Below are positions 25,590 through 32,000 of a DNA stretch of 32,000 bases, in pieces. Under the pieces are notes generated by a model that did no database searches, was not told the origin of the DNA, and worked only from the letters and a program-made list of their open reading frames with translations. The translations under genes and the position numbers were made by a program. Position 1 is the first letter of the stretch; the number at the start of each line of letters is the position of its first letter. This DNA is from Nitrosarchaeum sp. (lineage in GTDB: Archaea > Thermoproteota > Nitrososphaeria > Nitrososphaerales > Nitrosopumilaceae). The stretch lies in assembly GCF_025699065.1 (NCBI RefSeq), contig NZ_JAILWF010000001.1, positions 55,626 to 87,625 on the forward strand. The letters run 5' to 3'.

Positions 25590-25792
25590 TTTTTAGCCAC
25601 TTGCATTAATTTTATTCTATAAAGAAATCGGTCTGTTGAACGCAATAAATCATTCATTTCTGGTTCAATATTATTTTTGTATGTTTGATTTTTTATTTTC
25701 ACAATAAATTCATTCGTTAATTCTATTAGATGTTTTATTTCATAATTTGTAACTGCTATGTGATTAATATCTTGGAATTGTTCGTATGTCAT
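25586..25792 (-). CDS. Hypothetical small helical protein (68 aa from the ATG at 25792; the track's 79-aa version starts at 25825)
   Basis: The ORF directly follows the TrmB-type gene (stop at 25798). Starting at MTYEQFQDINH... avoids a 28-nt overlap with it. No family recognised. Confidence 0.45.
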   Translation of the reverse strand: MTYEQFQDINHIAVTNYEIKHLIELTNEFIVKIKNQTYKNNIEPEMNDLLRSTDRFLYRIKLMQVAKK

Positions 25793-25797
25793 ATTGC

Positions 25798-26646
25798 TCA
25801 ATATAGTGAACCCCCCTTTTCCCATGATAAATCAAATAGCGAACTCATCATGTCTACAAGAGTTTCAGAATCAGACCACCATGCAAATGTTTGTCGTGTT
25901 GCATGATTGGCGTTTCTCATAAAAATTAAGATTTCTTTTGCATCATTAATGATAAAACATTTTTTATCTGAATCTGATGCAATGACTCTTATTTTTTTTG
26001 AATCTATCTCGGAAATAAACTCTGGAGTTTTACTTAAAGGTGAAATTACCATTTGTAGTTCAGATGTCGATTCGTTTATCCAATCAAATACATCTGAATG
26101 ATATAATCTTAAAACATCTGGCATACTGCCATAGATTTTAATCGAATCTGTGCTAGTCTCGGTCATTTCTTTTATTTTGTTAATTATTGGTCCCATGCCA
26201 TGTAACAACTGCATTTTTTCTGATTTTGATTCGTCAGTTTCAACTACAAAAAATGGAACCTCTTTCCATAGCTTTGAAAGTGATTCTTCTTTTCCAGCAA
26301 GTGTATTGATTCTTTGTTGTTCTTGTTTTACTAGCGTTTCAATTGCTTGTTTCATCTCCATTGCAGAATATCTTGTAGGGTGTACAAGTTCAGCTGTTAC
26401 CAATCCCATGTTCTGTAGGGAATTCACAAGATGGTATGTTTCTGTTCTTGGCATTTGCAATGCTTTTGCAATCTCTGAAGCAGATTTGGAACCATACTTT
26501 CCAAGATAGATGAAAACTTTGCTTTGGTTTGCAGTTAAACCAAAACTGATCAGTTCGTTTTTGATTCTTTCAAGCGTAATTTTGTGTTTATACAGTTCAG
26601 TTTCTGAGTCATTGTCAAAAAGTGTTATCTCATGTGTAGTGCTCAT
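25798..26646 (-). CDS. TrmB-family transcriptional regulator
   Basis: 282 aa. The N-terminal wHTH is GLTANQSKVFIYLGKYGSKSASEIAKALQMPRTETYHLVNSLQNMGLV. It is followed by a coiled-coil segment and a C-terminal domain, which is the TrmB architecture. Confidence 0.8.
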   Translation of the reverse strand: MSTTHEITLFDNDSETELYKHKITLERIKNELISFGLTANQSKVFIYLGKYGSKSASEIAKALQMPRTETYHLVNSLQNMGLVTAELVHPTRYSAMEMKQAIETLVKQEQQRINTLAGKEESLSKLWKEVPFFVVETDESKSEKMQLLHGMGPIINKIKEMTETSTDSIKIYGSMPDVLRLYHSDVFDWINESTSELQMVISPLSKTPEFISEIDSKKIRVIASDSDKKCFIINDAKEILIFMRNANHATRQTFAWWSDSETLVDMMSSLFDLSWEKGGSLY

Positions 26647-26900
26647 GTCTTCAATTACTCAATAATGTTTTTCTTAATAGGCACAATGGATATTTCTTCA
26701 ATCTACGTGTTCTCTTTTGGAACTAATTAGCTGATCTATGTGCCGATTTAGCCCTAATTCATTTTTTTTAAAATTTGTAACAATATGATTTTTAAAATTA
26801 ATTTTAGTCTGAACATTACTGTATCTACAATCATCATGAAAATTTCCCAGATATGGGAATCAAGGATTATGAATTTACAAAATCATTTGTAAAAAATTTG

Positions 26901-27881
26901 TCAAGCCTCTAATCCGATTTTTTTAATCATATTGAAATCTTTTTCAGATTCGTTTCCACCCATTGTAAGATATCCTGATGTAATTATTCCATTTGCACCG
27001 CTTTGCAATAGTTGCTCTCCTGAATCAGTAAGATTTGTTTCTCTTCCTCCAGAAATTTTTATCACTGATTCTGGTAATAGGAATCGTATTACTGAAAACA
27101 TTCTTACAATTTCCAAATTTTCTAATTTTACTTGTAGCTCTAACGGTGTTCCAGGTACTGGTACTAGTATGTTTATTGTAACTTCTTCAGGATAAAGCGC
27201 AGCTAATTCATTGGCCAACTCTATTCTTTGTTTTCTTGTCTCCCCCAAACCGATTATTCCACCCGTACACAATTCTAACCCAGCGTCGCGAGCAATTTGC
27301 AATGTTTTTAGTCTGTCGTCATATGTGTGTGTAGTGCATATCTCTGAAAATTTTGATTTTGATGTTTCTAAATTATGATTGTATCTTTTCACGTTGAGTT
27401 CTTTGAGTTTTTTTGCTTGCTCTGGTGTAAGAAAGCCTAGGCTGCATTCTACATTAATGCCTACCTTGTCATTGATTTCTTTTATGATGTTGCATACTTT
27501 GTCAAAATCTCGTGGAGATGGTTCTCTCCATGCAGCTACAAGACAGTATGATTCTGCCCCCTCGTCTTTTGCTTTTTTTGCTTTGATTACAACTTCTTGT
27601 GCTGATGGTAGTTGATAGGTTTCAATTCCTGTATCGAAAAATGCAGACTGCCCGCAAAAAGAACAATCCTCACTGCAAGCATTTTTTTTAATATTGTTTA
27701 ATTGTTCAACATCTACTTTCTTTCCATTAAAATCTCTAGTTATCTGATTTGCAGCTTTAGCTAGATCTGGAACATTCTCATCTGGTATGTTGAATAGTTT
27801 TTCAGCGTCTTGACTTGTTATTCCAATGCCTGAAAATACATTTTCTTGGCATTCTTTGATAAATTCCAAGACATTATTCAT
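26901..27881 (-). CDS. bioB: Biotin synthase (radical SAM)
   Basis: 326 aa. CSEDCSFCGQS (CxxxCxxC) is present, and the overall pattern is BioB-like. Confidence 0.93.
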   Translation of the reverse strand: MNNVLEFIKECQENVFSGIGITSQDAEKLFNIPDENVPDLAKAANQITRDFNGKKVDVEQLNNIKKNACSEDCSFCGQSAFFDTGIETYQLPSAQEVVIKAKKAKDEGAESYCLVAAWREPSPRDFDKVCNIIKEINDKVGINVECSLGFLTPEQAKKLKELNVKRYNHNLETSKSKFSEICTTHTYDDRLKTLQIARDAGLELCTGGIIGLGETRKQRIELANELAALYPEEVTINILVPVPGTPLELQVKLENLEIVRMFSVIRFLLPESVIKISGGRETNLTDSGEQLLQSGANGIITSGYLTMGGNESEKDFNMIKKIGLEA

Positions 27882-28010
27882 GATATTTCACTATGAATTC
27901 TATTAAAAAAGATTAGTGAGTTAAAGATTGACTTTTCATGCGTGATTACATGGTTATTTTTTGTATGCCTGATTGAAAATTAAAATTCAATTTTCTTGAT
28001 GTTGTTGCGT

Positions 28011-29336
28011 TTACCATATCGTTTTATTTTCTGCGGATTTTATTGTGTCAATGGTTCTGTTTAGCAAGAAATCTAACTCTTCTTCAGATATTGCTAGCGG
28101 TGGTACAAGCATGATTATGTTTCCAAGCGTACGAAGATAAATTCCATGTTTTTTGCCTTCTTCAAAAAATATTTTGTTTATTGATTTTTTTGGATTAATC
28201 GGAGTTTTATTTTTTTTATCCTTGACTAATTCTATTCCCATGAGCATTCCTTTATGCCTGATATCGCCAACTGTTTTTATTTCTGATATTTTGTCATAAT
28301 ACTCTTCAAAAATTTTTGATGTTTTTTGAATTTTTTTAATTAAATTATTTTTTTGATATAATTTCAGATTTTCATTTGCAACCGCTGCAGATATTGGATT
28401 ACCTGTGTATGTGTGCCCATGAAACAGATGCTTCCAATCATTAAATTCGCCTAGAAACGAATCATAGATTTTTTTATTTGCTAAAGTTGCAGCCATTGTT
28501 AGATAGCCTCCTGTTAACATTTTTCCAAACGACACGATATCTGGAATACTTTTTTGTTCAGTATATTGAACCATAGAACCTAATCGTCCAAAACCAGTTG
28601 CTATCTCATCTAATACTAGTAATACGTTGTATTTTTTACATAATTTACTTATCTTCGTCTGAAATCCTTTTGGAAATATGATAACTCCACCTGCTACCTG
28701 TGCTCCACTTTCCATAACAAACGAAGCAATTTTGTCATCATTAGAAAATTTCTTTTCAACTTTATCTAGACAAAAATTTTGATACTCTGAATAGTCATAT
28801 CCTTTAGGAATTCTGTATTTGTTTGGTACTGGAATTTGTATTGTTGGAAATAATTGTTTTTTAAATTTGCCAAAAAATTCTGGTACATAACCAACAGCCA
28901 TTGCTCCAAATGTGTCCCCATGATAACCGTTCTCTAATGTTACAATTTTTGTCTTTTTTATTTCTCCTATGTTATTCCAATATTGTAATGCCATCTTTAT
29001 TGCAATTTCCATTGCTGAAGATCCGTTGTCAGAATAAAACACCCTGTGCATCCCTGGAGATATTCTTATCAAATTTTCTGCTAGTTTCTCTGCAGGTTCA
29101 TTTGTTAGGTTAAACATTGAAGAGTGTTGAAGTTTTTTACATTGTCTAGCTATTACATTGGTTAATTCAGGTTTTGAGTGACCCCAAACATTACACCACA
29201 TTGATCCAACCGCATCAAAATAATTATTTCCATCAGAATCAATTAGATACATCCCTTTGGATTTTACAATTTCGTTAAATGAATCCCATTCTTTCATCTG
29301 CGTATTAGGATGCCAGACAAAGCTTTTCTTTTTCAA
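28011..29336 (-). CDS. bioA: Adenosylmethionine-8-amino-7-oxononanoate aminotransferase
   Basis: 441 aa, a class III aminotransferase. DEIATGFGRLG and SFGKMLTGGY (PLP Lys) are present. TTG start. Confidence 0.9.
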   Translation of the reverse strand: MKKKSFVWHPNTQMKEWDSFNEIVKSKGMYLIDSDGNNYFDAVGSMWCNVWGHSKPELTNVIARQCKKLQHSSMFNLTNEPAEKLAENLIRISPGMHRVFYSDNGSSAMEIAIKMALQYWNNIGEIKKTKIVTLENGYHGDTFGAMAVGYVPEFFGKFKKQLFPTIQIPVPNKYRIPKGYDYSEYQNFCLDKVEKKFSNDDKIASFVMESGAQVAGGVIIFPKGFQTKISKLCKKYNVLLVLDEIATGFGRLGSMVQYTEQKSIPDIVSFGKMLTGGYLTMAATLANKKIYDSFLGEFNDWKHLFHGHTYTGNPISAAVANENLKLYQKNNLIKKIQKTSKIFEEYYDKISEIKTVGDIRHKGMLMGIELVKDKKNKTPINPKKSINKIFFEEGKKHGIYLRTLGNIIMLVPPLAISEEELDFLLNRTIDTIKSAENKTIW

Positions 29337-29853
29337 ACGATTTCTGTAATTAATTTGAACTTAATAATTAAACTATGATGCCATGAATTATGTTTCTTAA
29401 ATACAGAAAACCATGAATAGAATTTTTAATGAGATTTTGATAATTCTGACTTTTGATGTCTTTTACTAATTATTGCTATTTAGATTCTTCATTATTTTCA
29501 TTTTGTTCTGCATTGTTTGCTTTATCTCTGACTTTTTTCATAATGCAGTACTTGCTTAGACTGTTTAGTAATCCCATGATGTTTTTACTGTGTGTCCAAA
29601 CTTAAAGTTTTGTCATAAATATTTGGAACCAATTTATGCATGTTTTTTGTTGTGTCATGCGTATATTTTTAAAATTTATTTAATTATTTTTGTGCCTATA
29701 TATGTGTCCGATTGCATATTTCCTATATGAAAAAGATCTGTTAGTGTGGGAAATAGGTAGATGACATATAGTTTAATTTTCTAACAAATATGATAATGAT
29801 AATCATTAAAGTTCATTTCTTGCGTCGCTTCTTTACAAGTCAAAAATCTGATG

Positions 29854-31395
29854 TTACTGTAAGTCCTTTTGAGAACTGTTGTCTTTTGGATTTTCTGGAA
29901 GTGTTATTGTAAAAATTGTTGGAGGTGATGTCACAGTAATCGTCCCGCCATGTGCCTCAATGATCGACTTTACACTTGCCAGCCCAAGTCCAGTTCCTTG
30001 CTGTTTTGTAGTAAATAATGGCTCAAATATTTTTTCTATGTTCTCTTTTGGTATGCCCTCTCCAGAATCTTCAAATTCTATGAGTAGATTGTTTTTTTCA
30101 CTTTTTGCTCGTATGGTTATGCTTCCGTCATTTTGACCAATTGCATCGACTGAATTTGATAATAGATTTCCAAACGCAGCTTCTAACTGGATTTTACTTG
30201 CCATCAACGAAAAATCATGTTTTGGTAATATGACTTTGATGTTTTTTGGAACATTTACGTTTGTAATGGATTCATGTAACATTTGTAAAAGTGAAACTAG
30301 TTTTAGATCAAGAGGGATAGTCTTAACAAAACCTAGAACCTGATTTATTTGATGATTGATTCTATATATTGCATCATTAAGAATTGGAATATATTCATCT
30401 AATTTTGGATCCAGCTTTTTGTTAATTCTTGATTCAATGGAATCCACTGTGAGCTTGATCAGACCAAGCGGATTTCTCAAGTCATGAGATATTCTTGAAG
30501 TCAGCTCCCCAATAGTGGAAAGTTTTTCTTTTTTTATCAGGTCATTTTGAGCCTGAATTATCAATCTTGTTTGATTTTTTGTCTTTTCAAATAATATTAC
30601 TACTAACAATATGATAATTCCAATTACAGTGATCAATATTGGAAGTACAACATCAAAAAAATAATAAAGCGATTTTGCAGATTTGGCGCCATTTACCAGA
30701 ATTGACTCCGAGTAATCAGTTGTGTGCTTACCTCCCAATTCAACTTGAGCGCCTCGTACTCCATTATCTACAAAATAGTCGTCCCACTCTTTAGAAAAAG
30801 TTACAACCATGCCAGTTACCGGTTCAACTGACACCATGCATTTTCCATCAGAGAGTATCTTTTTTGATGGAAATTGTGGAAAAGCAGAAGATACATCGGT
30901 ACCAGTATATCTGCATGAAAAGTCATACACTTCAAGATCATCTATCTTGTTTGTTTTTTCAAAAACAAATGTTGTAGATGTAAATATCATTGGATGAAAG
31001 AATTCATAGTTTTGTTTTTGTACGTTTGGTGGAAAAGCAAAATACTCGTTTGACTGCGCGTGTTTTCGAGTATTTCTATCAACAAAAAAAGTCTGGTCAT
31101 TGTTAAAAACCACATTGTTTGTTGTCGGGTCTATTCCAACAATGGTTGCCTTGATTTCCAATATGTCATTGTTAACATCTATCACATACTGTCGTAGAGT
31201 TTCTCGAATCAAAAATGTGTCTGATAGTTCGCCATCAATGCTTTCAAGTATACGATCTTCCCCCTCGTGTTCTGAGATCAATTCATAAGTTAAAGGAAGT
31301 TTTTTTATTTCATATACTGACAGTTCGTATATTCCAATAACTGATATAATAATTAAAAATCCTATGACCAGTTTTGACTTGTAACTGAAATTCAT
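29854..31395 (-). CDS. Sensor histidine kinase with a large extracytoplasmic domain between two TM helices
   Basis: 513 aa. TM1 is LVIGFLIIISVIGIY and TM2 is VVLPILITVIGIIILLVVILF. H-box ISHDLRNPL, N-box LLSNSVDA, G-boxes DSGEGI and GTGLGL. Confidence 0.9.
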   Translation of the reverse strand: MNFSYKSKLVIGFLIIISVIGIYELSVYEIKKLPLTYELISEHEGEDRILESIDGELSDTFLIRETLRQYVIDVNNDILEIKATIVGIDPTTNNVVFNNDQTFFVDRNTRKHAQSNEYFAFPPNVQKQNYEFFHPMIFTSTTFVFEKTNKIDDLEVYDFSCRYTGTDVSSAFPQFPSKKILSDGKCMVSVEPVTGMVVTFSKEWDDYFVDNGVRGAQVELGGKHTTDYSESILVNGAKSAKSLYYFFDVVLPILITVIGIIILLVVILFEKTKNQTRLIIQAQNDLIKKEKLSTIGELTSRISHDLRNPLGLIKLTVDSIESRINKKLDPKLDEYIPILNDAIYRINHQINQVLGFVKTIPLDLKLVSLLQMLHESITNVNVPKNIKVILPKHDFSLMASKIQLEAAFGNLLSNSVDAIGQNDGSITIRAKSEKNNLLIEFEDSGEGIPKENIEKIFEPLFTTKQQGTGLGLASVKSIIEAHGGTITVTSPPTIFTITLPENPKDNSSQKDLQ

Positions 31396-31416
31396 ACAGT
31401 TTTTAGCAAGTCTTGC

Positions 31417-31426
31417 TTATAAAAAA
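31417..31426 (-). promoter_or_regulatory. TATA box (minus strand TTTTTTATAAG) for the histidine kinase gene
   Basis: Centred about 26 nt upstream of the ATG at 31395, which implies a leaderless transcript. Confidence 0.35.
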
Positions 31427-31462
31427 TGAATCCACCCTTGTCTTGCTGGTGACAAACTCTTG

Positions 31463-31470
31463 TTTATATA
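31463..31470 (+). promoter_or_regulatory. TATA box (TTTATATA) for the response regulator gene
   Basis: It lies only 10 nt upstream of the ATG at 31480 but about 26 nt upstream of the second in-frame ATG at 31492. This suggests a leaderless mRNA starting at 31492. Confidence 0.35.
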
Positions 31471-31479
31471 ATAATACAA

Positions 31480-31863
31480 ATGGCTACATTTATGATCAAT
31501 TGCATTGTAATTGATGATGACTATAACATCGCAAAGGTGTTTTCAGATATTTTAGAACTTATGGGATTAAACATTTTAGCGTGCGGATATGACGGCAAAG
31601 AGGCAGCTGAACTATATGAAAAGCATTGTCCTGACCTTATCTTTACAGACATAATGATGCCAGAATATGACGGATTTTACGGCATTGAAAAAATTAAAAA
31701 ATTTGATCCTGATGCTAAGATTGTTGTAATAACTGCAGATGTCTCATATGAAACTTATCGGAAACTAGAAGACCTTAATGTTACAGCAATAATTTGCAAG
31801 CCCTTTGATCAAAGTGAGATAAAAAAAGTGTTAATGGAAAAATACAAAATCCATACACGATGA
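31480..31863 (+). CDS. Receiver-only (CheY-like) response regulator (likely true start at ATG 31492)
   Basis: 127 aa. VIDDDYN, DLIFTDIMMPEYDG, VITAD and CKP are present. There is no output domain. It is divergent from the kinase at 29854-31395. Confidence 0.85.
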   Translation: MATFMINCIVIDDDYNIAKVFSDILELMGLNILACGYDGKEAAELYEKHCPDLIFTDIMMPEYDGFYGIEKIKKFDPDAKIVVITADVSYETYRKLEDLNVTAIICKPFDQSEIKKVLMEKYKIHTR

Positions 31864-32000
31864 CACGATTTTAGAAAATCTCATAATGGGCTCTAGAATC
31901 TGATAAAATCATATGTCATTGCTTCACATTGTTTGTTCCATAAAGGAAGTACTCATACCTGATAATCTCCGTTATTTTATAATATAAAAAATCAAAACAT

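Noticed and set aside
25907-26509. Plus-strand ORFs at 25907-26101 and 26150-26509
   Set aside because: They are antisense to the well-supported TrmB-family gene. Their Ser/Cys/Phe-rich translations are typical of shadow frames.
27975-27995. Inverted repeat GAAAATT-aaaattc-AATTTTC between bioA and bioB as a biotin operator
   Set aside because: The 7-bp arms are composed almost only of A and T in an AT-rich spacer. This is not distinguishable from chance, and I saw no second copy at the other bio promoters.
29375-29449. Possible C/D-box sRNA upstream of bioA (ATGATGC ... ATGAGA ... CTGA)
   Set aside because: The C box is imperfect (ends in C). There is no credible D' box at a guide spacing of about 12 nt. 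The overall length of about 75 nt is atypical. The motifs are short enough to arise by chance in AT-rich DNA.
29476-29577. 33-aa minus-strand ORF (MGLLNSLSKYCIMKKVRDKANNAEQNENNEESK) in the 520-bp gap between bioA and the kinase
   Set aside because: It has no TM helix or motif, its tail is low-complexity, and nothing supports translation. The gap itself is only noted as long and AT-rich.
1-32000. Search for CRISPR arrays, IS elements, rRNA genes, toxin-antitoxin pairs or known defence-system genes
   Set aside because: I saw no regularly spaced direct repeats, transposase or integrase motifs, rRNA-like GC-rich blocks, or recognisable defence domains on either strand.

Overview
This is an AT-rich archaeal chromosome segment, roughly one-third GC by eye. 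It most likely comes from a Nitrosopumilus-like ammonia-oxidising thaumarchaeon. That assignment is an inference from archaeal-specific eS4 and Rpp29 inside the ribosomal cluster, a CdvB/ESCRT-III gene, receiver-only response regulators, and TATA boxes about 26 nt upstream of start codons (leaderless-type).

Layout:
- 1-3.6 kb: purine genes (purL tail, purF, a RAM-domain protein, DUF427, a membrane protein, purC).
- 3.6-8.3 kb: a poorly characterised stretch. It holds an ArsR-type regulator behind a 387-bp motif-rich leader and a PPOX-like protein. It also holds an extremely basic Ala/Lys/Arg repeat protein, several small or unknown proteins, a 670-bp apparently non-coding gap, tRNA-Asn, and three copies of a perfect palindrome.
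- 8.3-16.1 kb: the minus-strand ribosomal protein cluster uL3 to uL6. It lacks uL2 and ends after uL6.
- 16.2-21.6 kb: a SPOUT methyltransferase, proteasome alpha, DUF371, a CdvB-like ESCRT-III protein, and a split DipZ-like CcdA/thioredoxin pair.
- 21.9-31.9 kb: biotin genes (bioF, bioB, bioA, no bioD). They are interrupted by a TrmB-type regulator with two small coupled ORFs and bracketed by two paralogous histidine kinase / receiver-only regulator pairs.

I found no rRNA, CRISPR array, transposase, integrase or recognisable defence genes.

The most unusual signals:
- the thrice-repeated palindrome TTTCTAAATTCGAATTTAGAAA;
- the H1-like basic repeat protein;
- the G/C-run alternative-helix element in the 5.9-6.6 kb gap;
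- the regulator and micro-ORF module inside the biotin cluster.

All family assignments come from motif recognition by eye, not from database searches.
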